From positions 32,001-96,000 of the forward strand of contig JAYSWN010000068.1 in the NCBI GenBank assembly GCA_043718025.1: DNA of 64,000 nucleotides, given 5' to 3'. A model generated the notes under the pieces. It ran no database searches, had not been told where the DNA came from, and saw only the letters and a list, made by a program, of their open reading frames with translations. This DNA is from Pseudomonadota bacterium. GTDB taxonomy: Bacteria > Bdellovibrionota > FAC87 > UBA2466. Shown in pieces: positions 27,699 through 37,050 of this stretch (its first letter is position 1; each line of letters starts with the position of its first letter). Both the position numbers and the translations under genes were made by a program.

Positions 27699-28211
27699 TT
27701 GAGCATACCCAAAAACAGTTTGGCCCTCGTAGTGCTTCTATTACTGATGGGTTCGCGCGTGTCGATGGCACTGAACGACACGTCTAACCGGAGCCAAATC
27801 TATTCTCCAATCGGAAAGCGCGACCCATTTAAGCAACCCTCCACTTCGGTGGGAAAAGAGGTACTGGCCTTAAATCCGCTGGAGCGGTTTACCGTCGAAC
27901 AATTTCAGCTACGAGCAATTTTGAAGGGGATGGGAAAGTCGCGCGCCATGCTTGAAGACCCCGAGGGTCGCTCCTATATTATCAGTGAGGGTGACCGCAT
28001 CGGCCGCGAGCGGGCCACGGTGAGTAAGATTCTGGTCAATGAAATTATCGTGACGGAAAAGACGTTCAACTATTTGGGTAACGTTAGTCTATACGAAAAA
28101 ATTCTCTCCCTTCCTCCCGATAAAGAGATTTCTCAGGCCGCTCCAGAACGTGCGGGCGCTAGTTCCGATACTGACGCCGGAGCTAGAAGTTCCGGTTCCA
28201 AAAAACCTTAA
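27699..28211 (+). CDS. pilP: Type IVa pilus assembly protein PilP
   Basis: YSPIGKRDPF, PLERF, G..IG; synteny. Confidence 0.88.
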   Translation: MSIPKNSLALVVLLLLMGSRVSMALNDTSNRSQIYSPIGKRDPFKQPSTSVGKEVLALNPLERFTVEQFQLRAILKGMGKSRAMLEDPEGRSYIISEGDRIGRERATVSKILVNEIIVTEKTFNYLGNVSLYEKILSLPPDKEISQAAPERAGASSDTDAGARSSGSKKP

Positions 28212-28229
28212 CGGGTTACGAGGTAGCTG

Positions 28230-30266
28230 ATGACTCTAAAAAAATCCCACCACCGTTGGTTGCCGCTGCTGGTCTTTCTATTTGCTCTTTCCACCTTTTT
28301 CTCCGGGCGGCAAGTGGCGACGGGAGAGCCCGCGGGCGACGAAGACGCTCTTGATCTTGAAGACATTATCAAGCCAAGTCCGCAAAGTCCGGCCACGGCC
28401 GTAAAAAATTCAGCCTCGGCTGACGATGAGTCTTTAAAAGATTTGGAGAAAATGATCGACGTTCAAGAGACCAGCGAAAGTCGAAAAGCCCCTGCGCAGG
28501 CCGCTCGCCAAGAACGTTCACGTCCGGTGGATGACGATTTTGACGACGGCGGCGGCAAAGACCGCGAACCAACTCAAGCCGAATTTCCCACGTCCGAGGA
28601 AGAGGGCGGAGCTCCTCCTACGCAAAGGGTTGCCACCGCCGGTGATCCCTACGTGCGAAACGTAATTAATAATCTAGAATTTCGCCAAGACGGGCAAAAG
28701 TCTCGCATCATCGTCACTTCACGCTCGCCACTACGCTATCGAGAGGTCAAGAACCCCACGATGAAGCAAGTGATCTACTTCTTCGAAAATACCGAAACCC
28801 CCGAGCGATTGCAGAAGGCTTATGACACTTCCGAGTTCATCAGCCCCGTCGCCCTATTCACCTTGTTGCAAATGCCAAAAGAGACGCCGCCGAACTCCAA
28901 ACTCATCGTTCAGATGCGTGAAGACGCTTCGCCCGCGGTAATCACCTCAGAACGTGGTCTCTACATCGAGTTCGGCGCCCCGGCCACTTCGGGGCCCGAT
29001 GGCACCGGCATCCGTTTATTGTCGGCCAATAAAGAGCGTTCGGGCAGCGCCGAAGAAAATCTCTATTTGGGCACCCAAACGTATAGCGGGCGGGTGATCA
29101 ATAAGTTGGAAATTAAGAATAGCGACATTCAGGACGTGCTGCGTCTCATCGCAAAGACGAGTGGCTACAACATCGTGGTTGGCGATGACGTTACCGGCAA
29201 AGTAGGGACAATGAGCCTGAATAACGTGCCTTGGGATCAAGCCTTTGCGTTAGTTTTGCAGTCAAAAAAGCTTGGCTACATAAAAAACGGCAATGTGATT
29301 CGGGTCGCTACCCTAAACTCCCTAAAAACCGAAAAAGATGAAGCATTGGCCAGCGAAAATGCCCGTATTAAAGTTGAAACTCTGCGCACCGTGCTAATTC
29401 CAATCAGCTATGCCAAAGCGTCGGAACTGGCGCCACAGGGAAAAAGTTTTCTTACCGAGCGCGGTTCGATCGACTCGGATCCCCGCACCAACACGATCAT
29501 CGTTAAAGACGTGGATCGCGTGGTGACGCGCGTGCAGAAATTATTTGCGGCGTTAGACACTCAACCCCCTCGCGTAGCCATCTCGGCGAAAATTATCGAG
29601 ATGAAGACCGAGTTCTCGCGTAGTTTTGGGTTCAATGCGTTGCGCGCGTCTACCGATTTCTCCGGCATTAATTTGTCGGCAAGTCAGAATCTGACGTCGT
29701 CGGGCTCCAACGTGTTCACGCTTCGCGCTCCGCAGTTTGCGAGTTTAGAAACGCAATTCCAAGTGGCCGAATCAGAAAGTAAGGCAAAGACTTTAGCAAA
29801 TCCGTCGGTCAGCGTCGTGGCAAACCGGCAAGCGAGCATTTCCCAGAGTTTGTCATTCTTTGTGCAAGATAGCTCGGTGGCCGGTGGCGTCGTCATTCCC
29901 ACGTCGCGTCAGGTCACGACCAACCTTACTATGGATGCCACACCAATCGTCGCCGGCGACGGTTCAATTTTCTTAACGCTTAATCTCAAAAATGAAATTC
30001 CTAATTTATCCGGAGCCTCCACGACCATCGATTCAAGGACGGTGAACACTCAGGTGTTGCTTGAAAATGGAGATACCGCAGTGGTGGGCGGCGTCTTTAC
30101 TAATAATTTAAATACGGGCCAAGACGGCATTCCGTTGTTGATGCGAATTCCCGTCTTGGGAAATCTCTTCTCGCGTCATACCCTCATCGATCGTCGCAAC
30201 GAGATCTTTGTCTTCGTGACTGCTAAAATTACCAATGCTGAAGAATCTTTTAAACGTAACTTGTAA
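28230..30266 (+). CDS. pilQ: Type IVa pilus secretin PilQ
   Basis: AMIN-like region, NVPWDQA, D.RTN, NGDTAVVGG, GIP.L..IP.LG.LF secretin motif. Confidence 0.93.
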   Translation: MTLKKSHHRWLPLLVFLFALSTFFSGRQVATGEPAGDEDALDLEDIIKPSPQSPATAVKNSASADDESLKDLEKMIDVQETSESRKAPAQAARQERSRPVDDDFDDGGGKDREPTQAEFPTSEEEGGAPPTQRVATAGDPYVRNVINNLEFRQDGQKSRIIVTSRSPLRYREVKNPTMKQVIYFFENTETPERLQKAYDTSEFISPVALFTLLQMPKETPPNSKLIVQMREDASPAVITSERGLYIEFGAPATSGPDGTGIRLLSANKERSGSAEENLYLGTQTYSGRVINKLEIKNSDIQDVLRLIAKTSGYNIVVGDDVTGKVGTMSLNNVPWDQAFALVLQSKKLGYIKNGNVIRVATLNSLKTEKDEALASENARIKVETLRTVLIPISYAKASELAPQGKSFLTERGSIDSDPRTNTIIVKDVDRVVTRVQKLFAALDTQPPRVAISAKIIEMKTEFSRSFGFNALRASTDFSGINLSASQNLTSSGSNVFTLRAPQFASLETQFQVAESESKAKTLANPSVSVVANRQASISQSLSFFVQDSSVAGGVVIPTSRQVTTNLTMDATPIVAGDGSIFLTLNLKNEIPNLSGASTTIDSRTVNTQVLLENGDTAVVGGVFTNNLNTGQDGIPLLMRIPVLGNLFSRHTLIDRRNEIFVFVTAKITNAEESFKRNL

Positions 30267-30284
30267 TAATTATTGGGAGCCTTT

Positions 30285-30701
30285 ATGGAAACGCTAGGAA
30301 TTGTTGTGGTGTGGTCGCTTGCTATGATCACGTCGCTGCTAGTTTTTCGCGCGGTGACGCATTTCAAACAATTTGCCAAAGAGATGCGCGCCGAGTTCTC
30401 CCGACTAGAAGGCCGCCTAGTTGAAATTGAAGGCCAATCCGAAAGTCTTCGCACCGATGCCGAAATTCAACTCCGCGCGTTGTCTAATATCGCGATGGAA
30501 GCCCGTACGGTTCTTGAAAGAGCTCGGGCGGTGACGCAAATCTCTCCCACCCTTGAAGGGGATCAGCTGCGTCGGCTCTTAGAGGCCAAAAAGCACGAAA
30601 ATCTGGATCAAAAAACCACGCCCGCGTCATCAGAAATGCAGCACGTTGTTAACACTCCTATTGAAGACAGAGCAACGACTGTGCGCGGTCTATTCTCCTA
30701 G
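30285..30701 (+). CDS. Hypothetical protein (N-terminal TM helix + coiled coil)
   Basis: RBS GGGAG, ATG 30285, follows pilQ. Confidence 0.6.
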   Translation: METLGIVVVWSLAMITSLLVFRAVTHFKQFAKEMRAEFSRLEGRLVEIEGQSESLRTDAEIQLRALSNIAMEARTVLERARAVTQISPTLEGDQLRRLLEAKKHENLDQKTTPASSEMQHVVNTPIEDRATTVRGLFS

Positions 30702-30817
30702 CACCCCCCCCACCCGATCCCTCCGAAGGCCTGAAAATCGTGGCTGAATCAGCCTTTTTTTTTCAACGCGCCCTTTTAACAAGTTTCGTCATTTTCCTTA
30801 TCCCAGCCCTAAATATC

Positions 30818-30846
30818 TTGACAGAGAGAGTCACTTTTCTAAGAAT
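30818..30846 (+). promoter_or_regulatory. Putative sigma70 promoter
   Basis: TTGACA-N17-AAGAAT. Confidence 0.45.
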
Positions 30847-31061
30847 CGGGATTCAAATCGACCAGGCATTTGGCTGATGCCTGTGAAGTGGGTTGGGGGG
30901 AGTAGAAAAGCCGGGGTCTTAAAAAGCTCTAAAAACTTTTCTTTCCAAATGCCTTCTTCATTCTGTCTGTGTTCGGTTTAGCCTACGCTCCGGTTCGATT
31001 ATGGGTTTCGATCCCGGAATTTAGGGCATTAGGGCAACGTTCAATTAGGTTGGGGGTAATT

Positions 31062-31478
31062 ATGGAGAAGGCAAAAATCATTAAGCGTTATCAAAACAGG
31101 AAGCTCTACGATACGGATGCGAGCTGTTACGTTACGTTGGATGAAATAGCAGAAATGATTCAGCAGGGCGAAGAAGTGTCGGTGGTGGACAATCGTAATC
31201 AGAAAGACATCACGGCTGCAACTCTGACCCAGATCATTTTTGAGCGTCAGAAACGTTCGGAAAGCCCGGTCCCTCTGTCCACGCTTCGCCACATCATTCA
31301 GCAAGGCGATGGTTCCTTCAGTTCCTACTTGGCGAAAAGCGCCCACGGGGATCAGTTGGAAGTCATCCGCGCTCTGGAAAATCAGGTGAAAGACCTGGCT
31401 GGAAAGCTCGATGCGGTTGAACGGCGTCAGCCGGCAGGCGCAAAAGAAGTTGGCGCTACTAAGTCTGTGGAAATATAA
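31062..31478 (+). CDS. PhaR-like (PHA accumulation regulator) DNA-binding domain protein
   Basis: IIKRYQNRKLYDT..SCYVTL, DIT..TLTQII. Confidence 0.88.
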   Translation: MEKAKIIKRYQNRKLYDTDASCYVTLDEIAEMIQQGEEVSVVDNRNQKDITAATLTQIIFERQKRSESPVPLSTLRHIIQQGDGSFSSYLAKSAHGDQLEVIRALENQVKDLAGKLDAVERRQPAGAKEVGATKSVEI

Positions 31479-31521
31479 GATAATTTCAAGTTAAAAATTG
31501 CGATACTCTTTGGTTTGGGGC

Positions 31522-31550
31522 TTGGCCTGGTGAGGGGAATTTGCCATAAT
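31522..31550 (+). promoter_or_regulatory. Putative sigma70 promoter of 6S RNA
   Basis: TTGGCC-N17-CATAAT with extended TG, 8 nt upstream of the RNA 5' stem. Confidence 0.55.
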
Positions 31551-31558
31551 ACTGGTAC

Positions 31559-31744
31559 GGTTCCCCTGTGCGGTTGGTGAGTTTTAAAAGTATTCTCTAA
31601 CCTACAAGTATCTTAACCAGGGGCTCTTACTTGCTGCGGTGTGCATGCCTAAGAAATTGAGGAAGCCTAAAGTAGCAACAGAGCTTCCACCTAATTTAAT
31701 TTAGGGTTAGGAATCTTCATTACCACGGCCATTACGGGGGAACC
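31559..31744 (+). ncRNA. ssrS: 6S RNA
   Basis: About 185 nt; closing stem GGTTCCCCTGT/ACGGGGGAACC; 6S-like blocks GGTGTGCATGCC, GAAGCCTAAA, CCACCT..AGGGTT; T-run after. Confidence 0.85.
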
Positions 31745-31813
31745 TTTTTTCCCTGCCCCAGCCAAAGGGTGTCAGTTTTTTTAGTCTCACTTTTTGCTGG
31801 CGGTTGTACCTCT

Positions 31814-32329
31814 ATGGAAATCAGTGTTCATTCGCTTCGCTGGGTAGAACGTCTTGCTGAACAAGAAAGTGGTGTTCAGGCTGGAGAGCGATCCCAGGTT
31901 GATCTCTATCAGGTGCGCGAAGACGTTCTACAGCTCGAGAGCTCCCAATTTTTGAAAGAACTTCGTACGACGCTCGAGACCCTATCGACCCTGTTCAATC
32001 AGCAGATGGCCGCTGACGAAACCAAGATTCAGCTTCAATCCTTATCCGAATCCCGCGATGGTTTTTACCTTTCCCGTCTAAATATCCGCATTCAGATTGA
32101 GTCAGCGCGGCCCGGGGTGATTCAGGTTCAGACTAAACGCATTGCGGTTGAGAACCCCATTCACCTTTCCACCGCAACTTTAGAAGCTAATTTTGGGGCT
32201 TTTGATGAGGTGACTTGGCTGTTTCTGGGAGAAAAAATTAACTCAGAGCAGGTGGCTCGCCATTTCTTAACTGAATTGGTCCAAAACACGATGCGGACCT
32301 CGCGTCCTTCAGCTCCTGCACAAAATTAG
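31814..32329 (+). CDS. Hypothetical protein
   Basis: ORF fills the gap after 6S RNA; no recognised family. Confidence 0.65.
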   Translation: MEISVHSLRWVERLAEQESGVQAGERSQVDLYQVREDVLQLESSQFLKELRTTLETLSTLFNQQMAADETKIQLQSLSESRDGFYLSRLNIRIQIESARPGVIQVQTKRIAVENPIHLSTATLEANFGAFDEVTWLFLGEKINSEQVARHFLTELVQNTMRTSRPSAPAQN

Positions 32330-32379
32330 TGGGGGCTGCTTTCCAGAACCCATTTCTGGGTTCCTAACCCTAGTTCTGA

Positions 32380-32832
32380 CTAATAATTTTCTACTTCAAT
32401 CAGCTCTTCATCTTCACGAAGGCGGTAGACCAGAGCCGTTTCGATGGTCTTTGGCTTGAACGCCTTTTTTAATTCTTTGTAGATCAAATCCGGATCAAAA
32501 TCTTTGCAGCTGTAGCAATCGAAGGTGAAAAACGGCTTAAAGATTCGCCGTTGAACGCCGCGTGGCTTTGGCTTTCCATCTTTTTGCCCGTGCGGGAAAG
32601 TGTGGATGGAAATGTGCGAGGTGGCGATAATCGTCGTGCCGGTGATGCCGATATCTGGGTGGTCTTCGGGGCGTACTTTGTAGACAATGGGCAATCCCAT
32701 GCGCTGCATTCCAATTACGTCTGGCAAACGTTTCAAGAAAGAATAAACCGCATCGAACGACATGAGCGCGCGCTTATCGCAATCAAATCCAGAACACATT
32801 AAGTGGGGCCAACCGCGGTAATCCTTTTCCAT
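32380..32832 (-). CDS. speD: Pyruvoyl-dependent decarboxylase proenzyme, SpeD/SpeH (AdoMetDC) family
   Basis: GITG..IIATSHISIHTFP and DCYSCKDFD; RBS AGGAG before ATG 32832. Confidence 0.8.
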   Translation of the reverse strand: MEKDYRGWPHLMCSGFDCDKRALMSFDAVYSFLKRLPDVIGMQRMGLPIVYKVRPEDHPDIGITGTTIIATSHISIHTFPHGQKDGKPKPRGVQRRIFKPFFTFDCYSCKDFDPDLIYKELKKAFKPKTIETALVYRLREDEELIEVENY

Positions 32833-32997
32833 CGTGCGCTGTTCTCCTTGAAATGAACAATTGCATGTACCGAACATTATTCAAAAGATCCAATTAAATC
32901 TTCGGCATTCCTCTCTCTCCGTGGCTGGAAATCCACGTCGGGAGTCCGATTTTTGGAGCAAGCAATGTATTTCCGCGCTTTCCCCAGGCTGACCAGT

Positions 32998-33013
32998 CGG
33001 CACGAGTCTCGCA
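32998..33013 (+). promoter_or_regulatory. Putative sigma54 promoter of the Flp pilin
   Basis: CGGCAC-GAGTC-TCGCA, GG-N10-GC. Confidence 0.6.
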
Positions 33014-33025
33014 CTTGAGCATCGT

Positions 33026-33310
33026 ATGAAAAAAATTCAAAGCCAGGTCATTAAAAAAAACCGAAAGCTCAGGCGAAAAAGCAGTCGGGGGCAGGGGTTG
33101 ATGGAGTACCTAATTCTCGTCTGCCTCATCGCCGTTGCCGCAATTACGGTGGTAAGTACGGTGGGCAAAAACCTAACCGAGCAGTACGCCAACATTTCAA
33201 ATGCTCTTCAAAATAAGAAAGCCATCAAACTTACGCCCGTCGATAAGAAGGCCTACGAAGCTCGGGGGATGGATAGTTTCATGGAGGGGGCTCAGACCAG
33301 TGGGCAATAG
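33026..33310 (+). CDS. flp: Flp/Tad pilin
   Basis: Basic leader, G|QGLMEY motif, hydrophobic helix. Confidence 0.9.
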   Translation: MKKIQSQVIKKNRKLRRKSSRGQGLMEYLILVCLIAVAAITVVSTVGKNLTEQYANISNALQNKKAIKLTPVDKKAYEARGMDSFMEGAQTSGQ

Positions 33311-33710
33311 GTCACGTCGCCGTGGGCAACGGGGACAAGTGTTCGTCGAGTTAATCTTCGCCTTGCCTTTCCTACTCTACCTTTCCGGTCTTGCCCTGGA
33401 TCTGGTTCGTTGCGCCGAATACCACATGGTTTTTCATCACGTTGCCTGTTCGACGGTAAGACGCCAGTCCTTGGGAATAGCGGGCGGCGGCGAGAGGGAG
33501 GTACGCCTGGGGTTAGCCCGGTTTTTTGGTCCAGGCTTTCCCCGCGCTGGCCGATTCGAGGTTGAACATACTTGGAGCTCCTCAGGTCGCGGGCGGATGC
33601 GTACGGTGGGCCTGCATTACCGTTACCCCCAATTCTTTCGGTTTCCACTGGGTGAACAAACTAAGCACCATATGGAGGTAAGCGCCCAGTGCTCTTTTCC
33701 TATTGGATAA
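33300..33710 (+). CDS. TadE/TadG-like pseudopilin
   Basis: RG|QVFVE followed by a hydrophobic helix; GTG 33300. Confidence 0.75.
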   Translation: MGNRSRRRGQRGQVFVELIFALPFLLYLSGLALDLVRCAEYHMVFHHVACSTVRRQSLGIAGGGEREVRLGLARFFGPGFPRAGRFEVEHTWSSSGRGRMRTVGLHYRYPQFFRFPLGEQTKHHMEVSAQCSFPIG

Positions 33711-34264
33711 CCCTGTTTTTGCCGGTATTTGCCTTTCCTCTGATTTCTCACCGTCACCACGCTGAAATTTTTGCGATTGAGCGCAATGGGATTGCCGCCG
33801 ACAACGCGGGAATACGTTTGGGCGAGGGAGAAGTGGCGTGGCTTAACTACCTCGACGAGCAGAATGAAAAATTAAAAAAGTGGGAATTGGCTCACCATCC
33901 GGTTCACGCCTGTCAGTTAATTCCCGTAATCGGAGCGAAGTGCCGGGCCGCAGACCAGCTGTGGGAGGGCGCAATTCGTATCCAACACGCGCGGGTGGGG
34001 CTTGAGCTTCAGGCACGCTGGCGGCGCGCCCACACTGCAGCGGCGCTTGAAATTGCCCGGGTTGGCGGGGTGGGGGTTTCTATTCAGCGCTTACCGTTTG
34101 CACCAGTACGGTCGAGTCAATGTCCGGTGTGCCGACTTTCAGTCAGCTGGGTCTTGGTCAAACCACCGCCCTCGGTGGTTTCTGTGCTCAACAATCAACT
34201 GCAGACGGTGAACGTCATGATAACTCCTCGTCAAGGGCAGAGGTACGAATATGAGTTCCGCTAA
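33689..34264 (+). CDS. Hypothetical Tad-cluster protein
   Basis: Overlaps both neighbours; hydrophobic N-terminus; four Cys including CPVC. Confidence 0.55.
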   Translation: MLFSYWITLFLPVFAFPLISHRHHAEIFAIERNGIAADNAGIRLGEGEVAWLNYLDEQNEKLKKWELAHHPVHACQLIPVIGAKCRAADQLWEGAIRIQHARVGLELQARWRRAHTAAALEIARVGGVGVSIQRLPFAPVRSSQCPVCRLSVSWVLVKPPPSVVSVLNNQLQTVNVMITPRQGQRYEYEFR

Positions 34265-34433
34265 AAAACGTGAGCTCCAGGCGGGAGTCGTTTTTTGGGA
34301 GTTACTGGTGTGGACCGGTTTAATTGCGATGAGCGTATTTGGGTTCCAGACCAAGCTCTCTTCTTACTGGCGTGAAAAATTGAACGACCTGCAGAAATTA
34401 AGAATTCCGTACACGGGGAGGGCCCTAAAGTGA
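34251..34433 (+). CDS. Small prepilin-like protein
   Basis: AG|VVFWE plus TM helix; overlaps both neighbours. Confidence 0.6.
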   Translation: MSSAKKRELQAGVVFWELLVWTGLIAMSVFGFQTKLSSYWREKLNDLQKLRIPYTGRALK

Positions 34434-35134
34434 CGTCGCTTGCCTCGCTGATTCCCTACTTTTCTGGTTTGGTCAGAAACCGCCGCCTCGTTTGGGGGGC
34501 TGCGTTTACCCTGATTTTTGCCGGAGTCTTCTTTTCGCTAAGGGCTGAAAAAGAGCATGGGCTGTCGCGTCGTTTATTGATTGCCGATCGCGATGTTCCT
34601 GCCGGAAGTCCGGTCACCTCATTTTTCTTTGGGATGATGAGGGAGGTTGTCAGCGGCGAACCAACTCCCTCTGACGCTGTGTCCGACCAAGAGCTGCACT
34701 TATTAAAGGGAACTTTGGTAAACTTGCCGATACGACGCGGGGAAATTTTGAGACGAAGTCATTTGAAGCTCGCCGATCCTCCTAAACGGATGTCTGAACA
34801 GATTCCCTTGGGAAGCCGAGCTTATCTTCTAGAAGTGCATTCAGGTATCACCTCGGTAAAACCTGGCGATAAGGTCGATGTTCTAGTGTCGTCCGCATCG
34901 TCGGCAAGGCTGACCGTCGTGGAAAATATAGTGGTACTTGAAGTTCATGGTGATCGTGATCTTACGCTGGCGGTAACGGTGGCCGAGATGGAGAATCTGG
35001 AATTGGCTCGTGGCCAAGGCACTTTTGGAGTAGTTCTGCGCAACCCAAAGGATTCGAGAAAAGGGAGCGGACGATTTCAAAGGGTGATACCGGGGAAACC
35101 ATCGATACCAGTTTTTTACGAAGGGAGATTGTAA
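34430..35134 (+). CDS. cpaB: Flp pilus assembly protein CpaB/RcpC (SAF domain)
   Basis: IADRDVPAG, IP.G.RA, VKPGDKVDVL, LRNPKD. Confidence 0.8.
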   Translation: MTSLASLIPYFSGLVRNRRLVWGAAFTLIFAGVFFSLRAEKEHGLSRRLLIADRDVPAGSPVTSFFFGMMREVVSGEPTPSDAVSDQELHLLKGTLVNLPIRRGEILRRSHLKLADPPKRMSEQIPLGSRAYLLEVHSGITSVKPGDKVDVLVSSASSARLTVVENIVVLEVHGDRDLTLAVTVAEMENLELARGQGTFGVVLRNPKDSRKGSGRFQRVIPGKPSIPVFYEGRL

Positions 35135-36387
35135 TGGCGAGGCAATTTATAGTGATGGTTCTTGCGGCGTTAATGACACTGCCTAGCCAGGCAAGCATTG
35201 TCCCTCGTGATCGGCCGCTTCGTTTGGGAGTGATTCGGTTCGAAGAGCGCGATGATCGGACCGGAAGCGAAAAAAGTGCGGCCGGTGATCGTCGATTGAG
35301 CCGGTGGCTAGAAAACCTTCGCGACATCTCAATCGAAGCAGAAAGCCTGCCTCCCGTGCAAAAGGGGATAGCGGCGCTCTCGGCGGTGCCGTGCCATAGT
35401 ATTCAGAGCACGCTTTCCCGATGTCAGGTGGCGATGGCGGTTTCAGCTGAACCCCATTCATGGAAGAGAGCTTGTACCGGCCTTTTGACCGCCGCCAACC
35501 GTCTGGCCGAACAGGGGGTGTGCGGTTCTGAAGTACAAAAGGCTTGGGTTTTAGAAAGCATTTTGGCCGGAACCGAGGAACAGTTCGTTCGCCAGAGCAC
35601 TCTGATTCAAAAAGCCGTATTGCATCACCCTAGCGGGTTTCTCACATCACCGTTTGAGTGGGAGAAGGAGCCTCAGGGGTTTGAAGCGGCTAAGTTTTGG
35701 GGCGAGGTTAAAAAAACTAAAGAAGGGTTAATTCGTGATTGCCGCGTGGACGTTAAAGACGCAGAGGCCTACGACGCTTTTTTTGTAAATGGCTTTGTCA
35801 TGGAGCCCACTTCCCGCCTACAGCTGCACCGACAAGGAAAATGGATCATTCAAGCGAAAAAAGGCGAAACCGTTTTCAGGGGCATGGCGAGTTGTCGTTC
35901 GGCACAGGCTTTTCAGAATAGTTTGGACCTCAAGCAAGAGGATCGTCAGTGGTCGATTAAATCGCAGCTCTCGCAGGTGGTCGAAGCACGAAATTTAGAT
36001 TCTTTGTTAGTGGTTCAGCCCGTTCGTGAACAAATTCGCCTTTTCTTATTTCAGAGCCAAGACTCCCGTCTTTTGGAAGTGCCGCTTGAAAAGCCAATAC
36101 TACTCAAAGATTGGGAGGCCCAGCGCACCGAGCTTACTCTGCCGATTGCGCAGGAAAAATTGGTGGCTTTACTCAACATTGGATTGCTCGACGCGTCACT
36201 TGCGGAGGAGCCACCGCTGCCCAACTCGCTCAATACCCAGATTGGTGCAGCTAATAAGCAGTGGTACAATAATAGTACCTTCTGGTGGGTTACTGCGGGT
36301 CTTGCGGCTGGCGTGGCAACCATCTTTCTACTTACACAAAATGGCCAAGTCAGACCAAACCCATCAGTACGCATCGAATTACCCTAA
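35134..36387 (+). CDS. Exported protein with C-terminal membrane anchor (PEGA-like segment)
   Basis: Signal peptide; FFVNG; C-terminal WY...FWWV.AG..AG anchor. Confidence 0.6.
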   Translation: MARQFIVMVLAALMTLPSQASIVPRDRPLRLGVIRFEERDDRTGSEKSAAGDRRLSRWLENLRDISIEAESLPPVQKGIAALSAVPCHSIQSTLSRCQVAMAVSAEPHSWKRACTGLLTAANRLAEQGVCGSEVQKAWVLESILAGTEEQFVRQSTLIQKAVLHHPSGFLTSPFEWEKEPQGFEAAKFWGEVKKTKEGLIRDCRVDVKDAEAYDAFFVNGFVMEPTSRLQLHRQGKWIIQAKKGETVFRGMASCRSAQAFQNSLDLKQEDRQWSIKSQLSQVVEARNLDSLLVVQPVREQIRLFLFQSQDSRLLEVPLEKPILLKDWEAQRTELTLPIAQEKLVALLNIGLLDASLAEEPPLPNSLNTQIGAANKQWYNNSTFWWVTAGLAAGVATIFLLTQNGQVRPNPSVRIELP

Positions 36388-36667
36388 AGCGACCACCTCT
36401 GCCCGCAGCGATAAGTTTCTGGTTGAATGGGTTAAAGGAATAAGCCACAAACATTTGTTTTTCGGCGTCTGGGCCTTGATCGTAATGCTGTTTGTTGGCT
36501 TGATGTCGGGTTACTACCGACGGGTAACGAGAAGAAATTTTAGAAATGATGGTGGCGGTTTACCGCCAGTATTCACCAAGCGAAATCCAAATCCGTTGCC
36601 GGGCTCCCGATCGGGTGCTGCGGTCACCGTGAACTCGAAAGAAAAGGGCACTAAGACGGGCTCTTAG
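36341..36667 (+). CDS. Small single-TM hypothetical protein
   Basis: TM helix with basic tail; start uncertain (ORF open from 36026). Confidence 0.4.
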   Translation: MAKSDQTHQYASNYPKATTSARSDKFLVEWVKGISHKHLFFGVWALIVMLFVGLMSGYYRRVTRRNFRNDGGGLPPVFTKRNPNPLPGSRSGAAVTVNSKEKGTKTGS

Positions 36668-36675
36668 CTAAGCAC

Positions 36676-37002
36676 TTAGTACTCTTCGTCTTCTTTATCC
36701 GTTACCACTTCGATGTCTTCGGTTTCATCCTCATCAGCTAAATCATCCACGCTTTCAAATTCCGACCCAGAATCTCCAGATTCGTCGTTTTGAATCATGG
36801 CCTGCGCTGGCTCTTGGCGTTCTTTCTTTTCGGGCTTGGCTACAATCTTCACCGGCGGCAAGCTGCCGTCGAATTCAACGTGGCATTTTGGGCAGGTAAG
36901 CTCTTTCTTATTGAAATCGTAGAACTTTGCCGCGCATTTGGGGCAGGTTCGTTTAGTTCCTAAATTGTTTTCGGTGGCCACTTTTGCCGTATTTTTTTTC
37001 AT
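36676..37002 (-). CDS. FYDLN_acid family protein
   Basis: LGTKRTCPKCAAKFYDFN..CPKC plus acidic tail. Confidence 0.9.
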   Translation of the reverse strand: MKKNTAKVATENNLGTKRTCPKCAAKFYDFNKKELTCPKCHVEFDGSLPPVKIVAKPEKKERQEPAQAMIQNDESGDSGSEFESVDDLADEDETEDIEVVTDKEDEEY

Positions 37003-37050
37003 GTGCTTTTTGGTCCTTCAATCAAGCGACACGCTTAAGAAAATCGACTT

